Below are positions 38,802 through 48,321 of a DNA stretch of 64,000 nucleotides, piece by piece. The translations under genes were made by a program, and so were the position numbers. The notes beneath the pieces are model-generated. The model worked only from the letters and a program-made list of their open reading frames with translations. It was not told the origin of the DNA and ran no database searches. The stretch is from NCBI GenBank assembly GCA_963771355.1, contig CAVYTA010000006.1:2272001-2336000 (forward strand), in the 5' to 3' direction. The stretch's first letter is position 1, and each line of letters starts with the position of its first letter. Origin of the DNA: an uncultured Candidatus Rokubacteria bacterium (GTDB lineage: Bacteria > Methylomirabilota > Methylomirabilia > Rokubacteriales > CSP1-6).

Positions 38802-39563
38802 ATGACCAAGCACAGAACGGGGACACGGCAAGAGTGGCTCACCGCGCGGCTCCAGCTGCTCGAGGCGGAGAAGGAGCTCACGCGGCGCAGCGACGAGCTG
38901 GCGCAGCGGCGGCAGGAGCTGCCGTGGGTGCGCATCGACAAGGAGTACGGATTCGAGACCGACGAGGGGAGGGCCGCGCTGGCCGACCTCTTCCGAGGGC
39001 GCTCGCAGCTCCTCGTCTATCACTTCATGTTCGGGCCCGACTACAAGGCGGGATGCCCCTCCTGCTCGGCGATCGCGGACGGGTTCGACGGCTTCGCTGT
39101 CCACCTGGCCCACCACGACGTCATGCTGTCGGCGGTGTCACGGGCGCCGCTCGCGAAGCTCCAGGCATACAAGCGGCGCATGGGATGGACGTTTCCCTGG
39201 GCATCCTCCGCCGGCAGCGACTTCAACGTCGACTTCAGCGTCGGCTTCACCGAGGAGCAGCAGCACCAGGGAGGCATCGAATACAACTACCGACGCGAGG
39301 CGGCGTGGAGCCCGGAGCCCGGCAGCGAGGGGCCGGTGGCCTTCGCGGCCACGACCGGCACCGACGTGGCTACCTACACGCGCGAGCGGCCGGGCATGAG
39401 CGCGTTCGTGCTCGAGGACGGCATCGTCTACCACGTCTATTCGACCTATTCGCGTGGACTGGACGGCCTCTGGGGCATGTACCAGTGGCTCGACCGCGCC
39501 CCCAAGGGGCGTAACGAGACGGGCCTCTGGTGGCGCCGGAACGACGAGTACGACAAGCGCTGA
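38802..39563 (+). CDS. DUF899 thioredoxin-like protein
   Basis: EKELTR, LPWV, LFRGRSQLLVYHFMFGP, GCPSCS, YSTYSRG, APKGRNE. Confidence 0.9.
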   Translation: MTKHRTGTRQEWLTARLQLLEAEKELTRRSDELAQRRQELPWVRIDKEYGFETDEGRAALADLFRGRSQLLVYHFMFGPDYKAGCPSCSAIADGFDGFAVHLAHHDVMLSAVSRAPLAKLQAYKRRMGWTFPWASSAGSDFNVDFSVGFTEEQQHQGGIEYNYRREAAWSPEPGSEGPVAFAATTGTDVATYTRERPGMSAFVLEDGIVYHVYSTYSRGLDGLWGMYQWLDRAPKGRNETGLWWRRNDEYDKR

Positions 39564-39588
39564 GCCAGGACGGGAGATCTCACGACAC

Positions 39589-40380
39589 ATGGCTTCCGAC
39601 CGAGCGTCCGAGCAAGCCTTCTTCGGCGTCTCCGCGCTACTCTTCGCCGACAGCGCGGCGCTGACGATCGCCTGGTGCGAGTCCATGTCGGCGATGGGCG
39701 AGATGCCGATGCCTGGCGGCTGGACCATGTCGATGGCGTGGATGCGGATGCCCGGACAGACGTGGCCCGGCGCCGCGGCGTCGTTCCTCGGCATGTGGGT
39801 CGTGATGATGGTGGCGATGATGCTGCCGTCCCTGGTCCCCATGCTGTGGCGCTACCGCCAGGCCGTCGGCAGCACCGGTGAGCCCCGCCTGGCTCAGCTG
39901 ACCGCGCTCGTGGGCACGGGGTACTTCTCCGTGTGGACCGTGTTCGGAATGGCCGCGTTTCCGCTGGGAGTCGCGTTGGCGGCGGTCGAGATGCAGCAGC
40001 CGGTGCTGGCGCGCGCCATTCCGATCGCGGTGGGCGCGGTCGTCCTGATCGCCGGCGTGCTCCAGTTCACCGCGTGGAAGGCGCGTCACCTCGCCTGCTG
40101 CCGGACGGCACCCGCGCGCGGCCGTACGCTGCCGGCCGACGCCGGCACGGCCTGGCGACACGGCCTGCGCCTCGGTCTCCACTGCACGTACGCCTGTGGC
40201 GGTCTGATGGCAATTCTCCTGGTCATCGGGGTCATGGACCTTCGCGCGATGGCGGTCGTGACAGCGGCCATCACCGTCGAACGTCTCGCACCGGCTGGTG
40301 AGCGCGTCGCGCGAGCCATCGGAGCCGTCGTCATCGGGGCCGGGTTGTTTCTGATCGCGCGAGCAGCCGGGCTCGGATGA
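39589..40380 (+). CDS. DUF2182 predicted metal-binding membrane protein
   Basis: Met-rich N-terminus, MMVAMMLPS, QFTAWK..L.CC, GLHC...C..LM. Confidence 0.85.
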   Translation: MASDRASEQAFFGVSALLFADSAALTIAWCESMSAMGEMPMPGGWTMSMAWMRMPGQTWPGAAASFLGMWVVMMVAMMLPSLVPMLWRYRQAVGSTGEPRLAQLTALVGTGYFSVWTVFGMAAFPLGVALAAVEMQQPVLARAIPIAVGAVVLIAGVLQFTAWKARHLACCRTAPARGRTLPADAGTAWRHGLRLGLHCTYACGGLMAILLVIGVMDLRAMAVVTAAITVERLAPAGERVARAIGAVVIGAGLFLIARAAGLG

Positions 40381-40390
40381 CGCATCCGCA

Positions 40391-41695
40391 TCAGCTCTCC
40401 GCTGACCTCCGCCCGTGGAACGCCAGATACACGAGCGGCCCGGTCAGCGCCGCGATCAGGCCGGCCACCGTGTTGGTCCATCCCGCCGTCGCCATCGCGA
40501 GCACGCTCAGGGCCGCCGGCAATCCCGCCACCAGCCACATCCCCACCGCGCCCCCGCCCACGCGCCAGGGCCGCGGCAACGCCGGCTCACGCAGCCGAAG
40601 CGCCACGAAGGCCGCCAGCTCGAGGATGAGGGCGATCGAGTAGAGCCAGATGTTGAGGACGATCAGCTCTTTGAAGGAGAACACCGCGAAGGCGCTGTAG
40701 CAGAGGCTCGAGAGCACCACCGCCACCCACGGCGCCCCGGTCTGTGCGCTCACGCGCGCGAGGATCGAGGGCAATTGCCCCAGGGTCGCCAGCACGAAGG
40801 GCAGCCGCGAGTTGGTGAGGAGCCCCGAGAGGAAGAGCCCCGCGGTGGCGAGCAGCGCGCCCGCGGTCATGAGATGGCCGAGCGCGGGCCCGCCCACCGC
40901 CTCCGCGAGAATGGGCAGATGGCCGGTTTCCCACTCCCCCCAGTCTTCGGAGACGGACAGCCCCGCCGCCACCGGCAGCAGATAGGCCAGCGCGATGATC
41001 GGCAGGGCCACGAACAGCGCGCGGCGATACGCGGTGGCGGGGGCGCGCGTCTCGCCCAGCATGGTGCTGGGATTGTCCCAGCCCGAGTAATTCCACATCA
41101 TCACCGCGAGCCCGAGGCCCAGGCCGGCGACGAGGCTCCCCTCACCCGGCGCGAACGGGATCCACGGCACATGCTCGGCGCGGACACCCGCCACTACGGT
41201 GAAGATGGCCACCGGCGCGAGCGCGCCCACGCCCAGCGCCACCGCGGTCCAGCCCGTCACGCGCACCCCGGCCACGTTGAGGCCGGTGAGCACCCAGATG
41301 AAGGCGAGCGCGAGCGCCCAGCGCGTCGCCGGCGCCATGCCGGGCCACCAGTACATGGCATAGTCCGCGAAGAGCGCCGGATAGATGGCCACGTCCACGA
41401 AGGAGTTGATCCAGCTCCACCAGCCCACCTGGAAACCCCAGAAGGGACCGAAGGCGCGCCGCACCCACGCGACGTAGCCGCCCTCGTCGGGAATCGCCCC
41501 CGCGAGCTCGGACATGGCGAGGGACACCGGCAGGCTCCAGATCAGCGGCGTGACGATCAGGAGGATCAGCGTGAGGCCGGGGCCGAAGGACGCGACGGCG
41601 TCTTCGATGCCATAGGGGCCACCACTGACGTTGAAGAAGACGACGGCGAGCAGAGCGACCCAGCCGAGCTCCCGGCGGAGCCCGGCGCGACTCAC
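40391..41695 (-). CDS. APC family amino acid/polyamine permease
   Basis: FFNVSGGPYGIE, ELAGAIPDEGGY..W, WNYSGWD, RPWRV; about 12 TM. Confidence 0.88.
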   Translation of the reverse strand: MSRAGLRRELGWVALLAVVFFNVSGGPYGIEDAVASFGPGLTLILLIVTPLIWSLPVSLAMSELAGAIPDEGGYVAWVRRAFGPFWGFQVGWWSWINSFVDVAIYPALFADYAMYWWPGMAPATRWALALAFIWVLTGLNVAGVRVTGWTAVALGVGALAPVAIFTVVAGVRAEHVPWIPFAPGEGSLVAGLGLGLAVMMWNYSGWDNPSTMLGETRAPATAYRRALFVALPIIALAYLLPVAAGLSVSEDWGEWETGHLPILAEAVGGPALGHLMTAGALLATAGLFLSGLLTNSRLPFVLATLGQLPSILARVSAQTGAPWVAVVLSSLCYSAFAVFSFKELIVLNIWLYSIALILELAAFVALRLREPALPRPWRVGGGAVGMWLVAGLPAALSVLAMATAGWTNTVAGLIAALTGPLVYLAFHGRRSAES

Positions 41696-41913
41696 GACGC
41701 CTGGGCTTGCTGGATGAGGGCGGGCAACCCCTTGAGCCACTCGTCGATCGGCACCTCCGCGTCGACGATGATCTCGAGCTTGCCCGAGGGCATGCGGCGC
41801 ACACGGCCCTTGCCGGTGCCGAGCGGGATCACCACGTGCTCGCGGTGGACGCCGAGAGCATCGAGCACCGCGAAGATCTTGTTGATCTCGGCCATCCCGA
41901 CCGCGTCGAGCAC
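41692..41913 (-). CDS. Small hypothetical protein
   Basis: Protein-like (EINKIFAVLDALG..REHVVIPL..GKLEII); stop overlaps the permease start. Confidence 0.6.
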   Translation of the reverse strand: MLDAVGMAEINKIFAVLDALGVHREHVVIPLGTGKGRVRRMPSGKLEIIVDAEVPIDEWLKGLPALIQQAQAS

Positions 41914-41923
41914 GGGGGCCGCT

Positions 41924-42295
41924 TCAGGGAGCCTGGCGCAGCTCGGCGGGCGGCCGGGTGCCGCCGGGGATGTGCACGGGCCCACCCGGGCCATAGCCGG
42001 TGAGCGGCGGCACCGTGACCTGGGTGTCGGAGAGCCGCCGCTCCTCGTGGCCAGGAATCACGATTTCCTTCCGCGTGCCCGGATCGATGAGCCGCTGCTC
42101 GGGAACATACCGAGTCTCCGGGGGCGGCGCGGCGGGTAGCCGGGGCAGAGGCCTCTGCGCGCCCCTTGCCGACTGGTCGATGGGATTCTGCTGGTACGGG
42201 TAGCGCGGGCCGCCGCCGGCGCCGATCTGGGCCGCCGCCGGCACGCCCGGGGCGAGCACCGCTGCGATCATCATGACGAAAAGCAGGCGCTTCAT
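41924..42295 (-). CDS. Secreted Pro-rich hypothetical protein
   Basis: MKRLLFVMMIAAVLAPG signal peptide; TACCAT 7 nt before ATG. Confidence 0.6.
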   Translation of the reverse strand: MKRLLFVMMIAAVLAPGVPAAAQIGAGGGPRYPYQQNPIDQSARGAQRPLPRLPAAPPPETRYVPEQRLIDPGTRKEIVIPGHEERRLSDTQVTVPPLTGYGPGGPVHIPGGTRPPAELRQAP

Positions 42296-42367
42296 GCCTC
42301 TAATGGTATGTGACGGATGAGGGCTTCGCAACCAATCGCACCGTGTTAAGGTGACGCCCGAGAACCG

Positions 42368-43207
42368 ATGACGATGCGCGCCCCCGGCCTCCGTCTCTCG
42401 TTCCTGGTCTTTGCGGCCGCATTCCTCGCGCTGAGCGCACCGTCCCGCGCCCAGACGCCCGACCTTCCGATCTTCGACACCCATATCCACTACAGCGCGC
42501 CCGACTGGACGGAATATCCCGAGGAGCGCATCCTGGGCATCCTCCAGCAGGCTGGGGTGAAGCGCGCCCTCGTCTCGAGCACCCCCGACGACGGCACCAT
42601 CAAGCTCTACCAGCGCGATCCCAAGCGCATCGTGCCCATCCTGCGCCCGTATCGCACGCGCGAGGACATCGGCCACTGGTGGCAGGACCCGTCCGTGATT
42701 CCCTACCTCGAGTCGCGCCTCGCGCTCAAGGTGCACAAGGGCATCGGCGAGTTCCACCTCTTCGGCGGTCAGACCGGCACGCCGGTGATCAAGCAGCTGA
42801 TCGAGATCGTCCTCCGCGAGAACATCTTCCTCCACGCCCACTCCGACGAGGTGGCCATCGTGGAGCTCTTCACGATCGAGCCGCGCCTGAAGGTAATCTG
42901 GGCCCATGCCGGGATGTCCTCGGGCCCACAGGCGGTGAGCGCCCTCCTCGACCGCTACCCGAACCTCTCGGTGGACCTCGCCATCCGCAACGGCGATGTG
43001 GCCCCGGGCGGCGTGCTCGACCCGGGCTGGCGCGCGGTGTTCCTGCGCCACCCGGATCGCTTCCTCGCCGGCACCGACACCTGGGTCACCTCGCGGTGGG
43101 AGGCACTGCCGGGCTCGGTGAGCGAGGTGCGGACGTACCTGAATCAGCTGCCGCGCGACGTCGCCGAGAAGATCGCCTACAAGAACGCGGAGCGACTCTT
43201 CCCCTAG
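42368..43207 (+). CDS. Secreted amidohydrolase_2 family protein
   Basis: Signal peptide, DTHIH, GIGEFH, WAHAG, FLAGTD, NAERLF. Confidence 0.85.
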   Translation: MTMRAPGLRLSFLVFAAAFLALSAPSRAQTPDLPIFDTHIHYSAPDWTEYPEERILGILQQAGVKRALVSSTPDDGTIKLYQRDPKRIVPILRPYRTREDIGHWWQDPSVIPYLESRLALKVHKGIGEFHLFGGQTGTPVIKQLIEIVLRENIFLHAHSDEVAIVELFTIEPRLKVIWAHAGMSSGPQAVSALLDRYPNLSVDLAIRNGDVAPGGVLDPGWRAVFLRHPDRFLAGTDTWVTSRWEALPGSVSEVRTYLNQLPRDVAEKIAYKNAERLFP

Positions 43208-43374
43208 TTCGCCTACACGCTAAACGCGAGCAATCAAGTGATACAGACCGATGTGAGCAACCCCTCGGCTCTGCTTCCCGTGCCGGAGGCGGTCGCCCCG
43301 TTCTTGGTCTCCGTCAACCCGACATAGGGTGCCGGTCTCGGACGCCGGCCACCCCAGGAGCCGACGGCACAGCG

Positions 43375-43640
43375 ATCCCACGATGCCGCGGTGGCGCGAA
43401 GCGGACGGGCGCGTCAAGCTCTCGGCGGCGTGGCTCATCGAACACGCGGGACTGCGCCGCGGAGACGGGCCGGGTCCCGTCGCACTGTCCACGCGCCACC
43501 GCCTCGCCATCGTCTGCCGCGAGGGATCGCGTGCGGCCGACGTCACCGCTTTCGCGCGCGAGATCCGCGCGCGGGTTGAGGCTCGCTTCGGTATCCGCCT
43601 CGTCCCCGAGCCCGTCTTCTGGGGCGCGCCGCCGATGTAG
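43375..43640 (+). pseudogene. murB: C-terminal fragment of UDP-N-acetylmuramate dehydrogenase
   Basis: VKLSAAWLIEHAG, STRHRLAI, AREIRARVEARFGIRLVPEP; FAD-binding N-terminal part absent. Confidence 0.75.
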
Positions 43641-43649
43641 AATGCCTGG

Positions 43650-44708
43650 ATGAAGCGTCGGTATCGGGCCGTGCTCGTCGGCTGCGGGGCGCGCGGACAG
43701 AGCCATGCGCTTGGCCTTCTCGCGAATCGGGACCGGTTCGAGCTGGTGGCGCTCTGCGATCGGGACGCCGCGCGCCTCGGCGCGCTCGCGCACACGCTTG
43801 GCATCACGCGCGTCTACTCCGACGCCGAGGCCATGCTCGCCGCCGAGCGCCCCGACCTGCTCTGTTTCGCCACCCCGCCGGCGGTGCGGGTCGAGCTCGT
43901 CGAGCTCGGGGTGCGGCATGGCGTTCGTGCGATCGCGCTCGAGAAGCCGCTCGCGCTCTCGCTGGCCGACGCCCGGCGCATTGTCGCGCTCTGCGCGGGC
44001 GGCATACAGGCCGTCGTCTGCCATCAGCTCAAGCACGCCGGCCATTGGCGGCGGATCAAGCAGATCGTGGAGGAGGGCGGCATCGGGGAGATCCGGTCCT
44101 TCCACGCTACTGCCCGTCCGTCGATGCTGCGGGTGGGCACCCATCTCGTCGATGCCATGCTGTGGCTCGGCGGGGGCATGCAAGCGACGTCGGTCCACGG
44201 CCAGGCTCAGGGGCGCCTAGCTTATCTCGAGGACCATCCTTGTCCTGATCACGCGGCGGGCGTCGTCGAATTCGCGAGCGGGGTCCGCGGTTTCCTCGAG
44301 ATCGGCTCTCTGGCGCCTCGTCACCTCGACGAGGGCGACTTTTGGGGCGATGTGGCTGTCACGGTCCGGGGCGCCCGGGGCCATGCACGCGTGGTGCTGG
44401 GTGGCGGGTGGGAGGCGGTCACGCGGTGGTCCGGAGGCCGGGTTGAAACCGGGCCCGCCGATGTCTCGCCGGGCGAGCCCGAGCATATGCGCCTTCTGGC
44501 CGACTGGCTGGACGATCCCCGGCGGGTGCATCCGTCAAATCTCAAGACGAGCTACCACGGCTTCGAGATCCTGATGGGCCTCGCGCTGTCGAGTCTCGAG
44601 CGCCGCCGCGTCGATCTACCCATCGCCGGGACTCCTGAAGCCATCCTGGAGCGACTCAGGGATGCGCTTCCAGAAGACGAGCGTCCGGCCGCCCGGGCTT
44701 CATCGTGA
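43650..44708 (+). CDS. Gfo/Idh/MocA family oxidoreductase
   Basis: VGCGARG, LCD, ATPP, EKPLA, GTHLVD; TAGAAT 6 nt before ATG. Confidence 0.88.
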   Translation: MKRRYRAVLVGCGARGQSHALGLLANRDRFELVALCDRDAARLGALAHTLGITRVYSDAEAMLAAERPDLLCFATPPAVRVELVELGVRHGVRAIALEKPLALSLADARRIVALCAGGIQAVVCHQLKHAGHWRRIKQIVEEGGIGEIRSFHATARPSMLRVGTHLVDAMLWLGGGMQATSVHGQAQGRLAYLEDHPCPDHAAGVVEFASGVRGFLEIGSLAPRHLDEGDFWGDVAVTVRGARGHARVVLGGGWEAVTRWSGGRVETGPADVSPGEPEHMRLLADWLDDPRRVHPSNLKTSYHGFEILMGLALSSLERRRVDLPIAGTPEAILERLRDALPEDERPAARASS

Positions 44709-45469
44709 TCGCGCTCCGAGCGGTCACCAAGCGCTTTGGTGGTCGCCTCGCGCTCGACGGCGTGTCGATCGAGGTGCGTGCCGGCGCCGTCCATGTGCTG
44801 CTGGGCTCGAGTGGCTCGGGCAAATCGACGGTCCTGCGACTCATCCTCGGTCTCGTGGAGCCGGACGGGGGCGAAGTGCTGGTGGACGGGACGCCCGTGA
44901 CCGAGTCCACGCGGGCCGGGCTGGTGAGACGCATGGGCTACGTGGTGCAAGACGGCGGCCTCTACCCGCATCTGACCGCGTACCAGAACGTGGCGCTTCC
45001 GGCGGAAGCGCACGGCTGGCCGTCGGCGCAGACTCGCGCGCGCGCGGGCGAGCTGGGGGCGATGGTGGGACTCGACGGAGACAGCCTGCGCGCCTACCCC
45101 CGCGAGCTCAGCGGGGGACAGCGCCAGCGTGTCGGACTCATGCGGGCGCTGGTGCTCGACCCGCCCGTGCTTCTCCTCGACGAGCCGCTCGGATCGCTCG
45201 ACCCGATCGTCCGGGCCGAGCTCCAGGGCCAGCTCGGCCGGCTCTTTGCGGCGCTCGGCAAGACCGTCGTGATGGTGACCCACGATATCCGCGAGGCGGC
45301 TCTCCTCGGCAGCACCATCACCCTCATGACCGCCGGCCGCATCGTCCAGCAGGGGGCGTTCGCCGACTTGGTCGAGCGGCCCACCTCGCCGTTCGTGACT
45401 CAGTTCCTGACCGCTCAAACGCTCGCTCCCGGCCAAACACTCGCTCCCGGGGATTCAGGGGCCCGATAA
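44705..45469 (+). CDS. ABC ATPase, osmoprotectant (OpuA/ProV-like) importer
   Basis: GSSGSGKS, GYVVQDGGLYPHLT, LSGGQRQR, LLDEP, VTHD. Confidence 0.92.
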   Translation: MIALRAVTKRFGGRLALDGVSIEVRAGAVHVLLGSSGSGKSTVLRLILGLVEPDGGEVLVDGTPVTESTRAGLVRRMGYVVQDGGLYPHLTAYQNVALPAEAHGWPSAQTRARAGELGAMVGLDGDSLRAYPRELSGGQRQRVGLMRALVLDPPVLLLDEPLGSLDPIVRAELQGQLGRLFAALGKTVVMVTHDIREAALLGSTITLMTAGRIVQQGAFADLVERPTSPFVTQFLTAQTLAPGQTLAPGDSGAR

Positions 45470-45472
45470 CAC

Positions 45473-46966
45473 ATGCGGCCGCTCGTGGCGGGTGCCGCGC
45501 TCGTGGCTCTGCTGCTGCACGGATTCGGCGTCAGCGCCGCGCAGGACGGAGTCATCCGTGTCGGGTCGAAGTCCTTCACGGAAAGCTACCTCCTCGCGGA
45601 AATCGCGGCACAGGTTATCGAGCAGGCTGGAGAGGCCCGCGTCGAACGGCGGCTCGGCCTCGGCGGCACCGGTATCACCTACCGGGCCATCGCCTCGGGC
45701 GCGATCGACCTCTATCCCGAATACACGGGCACGCTCACCCGCGTCATCCTGAAGGACCCGGCGCTTCGCATACCCGAGGCGATCCGCGCGCGCCTCCGGC
45801 CATCGGGGCTGACGATGAGCGAGCCCCTCGGCTTCAACAACACGTATGCGCTCGCGGTCCGCGTCGACACCGCCGAGCGTTTGGACCTAAAGAGCATCGG
45901 TGACCTCGTGCGTCACCAAGAGCTCACCGCGGCGTTCAGCTCAGGTTTTCTGGAGCGCGAGGACGGCTGGCCGGGACTCAGGCGCCACTACGGCCTGTCG
46001 CTGGCTCGCGTACGGGTGATGGAGCACGCCCTGACGTACCGGGCGCTCGCCGGCGGCGAGGTGGATGTCATGGACGTCTTCTCGACGGACGGGCAGCTCG
46101 AGCGCCTGCGACTTCGGATTCTCCGGGACGATCGGGGCTTCTTCCCGGACTACTCGGCGGTGCTCCTGGCCCGCCGGGAAATGGCCGAGCGATTCCCGCG
46201 CACGTGGGCGCGGCTCCGTCAAGCCCTCGAGGGATCACTCGACGACCGGCGCATGGCTGAGCTCAACGCGATGGTGGACCTGGACGGCAAGAGCATCCCC
46301 GAAGTGGCCGCCGCCGTCGCGGGCGCGGCACTGCCGGACGCGCAGGCCAGACCGGGCATCGTGACGGAGATCTACGCCCTCACGCTCGACCACCTGGTCC
46401 TCGTCCTGGTCTCCCTGGCCGCCGCCATCGTCCTGGGCGTGCCGTTGGGCATCGCCGCGGCACGGTTCCGGCGGATCGGTCAGGTCGAGCTCGGCGCCAT
46501 CGGCATGCTGCAGACGGTCCCGGCCCTGGCGCTCCTCGTGTTCATGATCCCGCTCTTCGGGATCGGCAAAGGTCCCGCCCTCGTCGCCCTCTCCCTGTAC
46601 GCGCTCCTCCCCATCGTGCGCAGCACCTACGCCGGGATCATCGGGATCGATCGCCATCTCCTGGAGATCGCCTTTGTGCTCGGGCTCGGCCGCCTCGCGC
46701 GCCTGGTCCGCATCGAGCTCCCGCTCGCCTCCATCAGTGTCATGGCGGGGATCAAGACCTCCGCCGTCATGACGGTGGGTACGGCCACGCTCGCCGCGTT
46801 CATCGGCGGCGGCGGCTATGGAGCGCTGATCGTGCGGGGCTTGGCGCTGGATGACACCGCGACGATCCTGGCCGGGGCCGCGCCCGCCGCGGCGATGGCG
46901 GTGGCGTTTCACGTGGTCTTCGAGTTTCTGGACCGTCTCGCGATCCCGCGCGGCCTCCGCCGCTAA
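45473..46966 (+). CDS. Fused betaine-type substrate-binding protein plus ABC permease
   Basis: VGSKSFTE, IDLYPEYTGT, GFNNTY, REDGW, FFPDY; then QTVPALAL, IELPLA, AFIGGGG. Confidence 0.9.
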   Translation: MRPLVAGAALVALLLHGFGVSAAQDGVIRVGSKSFTESYLLAEIAAQVIEQAGEARVERRLGLGGTGITYRAIASGAIDLYPEYTGTLTRVILKDPALRIPEAIRARLRPSGLTMSEPLGFNNTYALAVRVDTAERLDLKSIGDLVRHQELTAAFSSGFLEREDGWPGLRRHYGLSLARVRVMEHALTYRALAGGEVDVMDVFSTDGQLERLRLRILRDDRGFFPDYSAVLLARREMAERFPRTWARLRQALEGSLDDRRMAELNAMVDLDGKSIPEVAAAVAGAALPDAQARPGIVTEIYALTLDHLVLVLVSLAAAIVLGVPLGIAAARFRRIGQVELGAIGMLQTVPALALLVFMIPLFGIGKGPALVALSLYALLPIVRSTYAGIIGIDRHLLEIAFVLGLGRLARLVRIELPLASISVMAGIKTSAVMTVGTATLAAFIGGGGYGALIVRGLALDDTATILAGAAPAAAMAVAFHVVFEFLDRLAIPRGLRR

Positions 46967-47787
46967 CCTCCGGAGTCGAGGAGGGCGTTGAGGCGGCTGC
47001 ACGCCGCGATGACTTCGCGGTCCCTGCCCGGGAACCACGCCCGGATCCATTGCGGGCGCTCAAAGAAGGCCAGCGGAGGCCGTGCGCGGCGCCTGATACC
47101 CACCCGGAGCACGAGGCCGCTGGCATTGATGAAGCTCACGTCCTCCAGCATGCGTCCCACCCCGGCCACGCCGACGGTGACCGGGCAGAGCTTCGCGACG
47201 GCAGCGATCGAATCCGAGACGCCGCGAAGGCAGAAACCGTGGGTCCGGGGCAGGACCACGGGCGGCAGGGCCTCGAGGACGCTTCGCAGGGTGAGACCCG
47301 AGAATACGGTGTCGTCCACCACGGCGAGCGACTCGGAGGCAGGGAAGCCTTTGAGCCCGCCGGCAAGCTGGGCGGCGAGTGTGGCCGGCACGGTACTGAC
47401 GAGATGATAGTCTCCACGCCCGTCCTCCTCTCGAGTAAGCCCGAGGCGGTGAACGCGCGGGAACCAGCCGGTCTTCGCGTGGAGCGCCTGGGCCGCGCGC
47501 TCGCCGGCTCGGCCGATGCCGAGGGCAAGATCGAATGGGGCATGCCGACCCTGGGCGATGACACGCTCGACCTGCTCGGCCAGCGTGAGGACCACGACCC
47601 TCTCGGGGTCTCTTTTCAGGAGGGCGAAGAGGGAGCGGGTGAGGGCGGCGGCGGGGGAGGCGGGACCGAGACGCTCCGCCACTTCGTCGCTCAGATCGTC
47701 GTGGACGTACAGCAGTCGGGGCGTGGGCTGCGCGTAGGCCCCGCGGTCCGGCTCGTCCACGCCGCGGGACGTGTCAGCCGGCGGCAT
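46963..47787 (-). CDS. Hypothetical protein with phosphoribosyltransferase-like PRPP loop
   Basis: LAVVDDTVFSGLTL and LGIGRAG; start overlaps the Sec-redoxin 3' end. Confidence 0.65.
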   Translation of the reverse strand: MPPADTSRGVDEPDRGAYAQPTPRLLYVHDDLSDEVAERLGPASPAAALTRSLFALLKRDPERVVVLTLAEQVERVIAQGRHAPFDLALGIGRAGERAAQALHAKTGWFPRVHRLGLTREEDGRGDYHLVSTVPATLAAQLAGGLKGFPASESLAVVDDTVFSGLTLRSVLEALPPVVLPRTHGFCLRGVSDSIAAVAKLCPVTVGVAGVGRMLEDVSFINASGLVLRVGIRRRARPPLAFFERPQWIRAWFPGRDREVIAACSRLNALLDSGG

Positions 47788-48310
47788 CCGGCTGGGGCCC
47801 ACGATAGACGTAGTCGCCTCGACAGCGCTCCATCATCGCGCGCATGTCCTGGCGCAGCTCCTCGAGCGTCGGCCGTCCGACATACCACCAGCCGTTGTAG
47901 ATCCGATGAATCGTGAGATCAGGCAGGAGCGAGAAGGTGAACGGCAGGGCGAGGAGACCGTGCCGGAATGCCGGCGGCGTCGCCTCGACGATGTCGAGGC
48001 GTGAGATGACGCGCCGCTCGTGATCGCTCAGGAACGTAAAGGTGGCGCCGAGTCCTGCGCGGAACGCCGCCGAGACCTCGGGCGGGTCCGTCGAGACCAC
48101 CGCGAGCTTGCAGTAGTTGACGGCGAGTTCGTCCTGGAGCTCGGTCAGGTGCCGCAACTGGCACCCGCACTTCGGTCACCAGTACCCGCGGTAGAAGCTC
48201 ACGATGAGCGGGAACTCGCCCGCGAGCGCGGAGAGGCGGACCGGCTCGGCTCGATGATCGGGCAGCTCGAGATCCGGGAACTGCTTGCCGACGGCCAGAT
48301 GTGGGTGCAC
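47774..48310 (-). CDS. AhpC/TSA (peroxiredoxin-like) selenoprotein, UxxC (Sec at codon 45, TGA 48176-48178), 178 aa
   Basis: AGGAGG RBS, GTG start; VGKQFPDLELPDH..VRLS..FYRGYW-U-PKC..AVVSTD..FTFLSD in a single frame. Confidence 0.85.
48146..48167 (-). promoter_or_regulatory. Putative bacterial SECIS hairpin
   Basis: CGGGUGCC-AGUUGC-GGCACCUG starting 8 nt after the UGA; G is the second loop base. Confidence 0.65.
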
Positions 48311-48321
48311 GAAATATCCTC

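Noticed and set aside
38802..39563. DUF899 as a third selenoprotein
   Set aside because: Its CPSC motif uses normal TGC codons; there is no in-frame UGA.
45416..45451. 18-bp tandem duplication (QTLAPG x2) at the ABC ATPase C-terminus
   Set aside because: Two copies only, in a non-conserved tail; likely a neutral slippage event.
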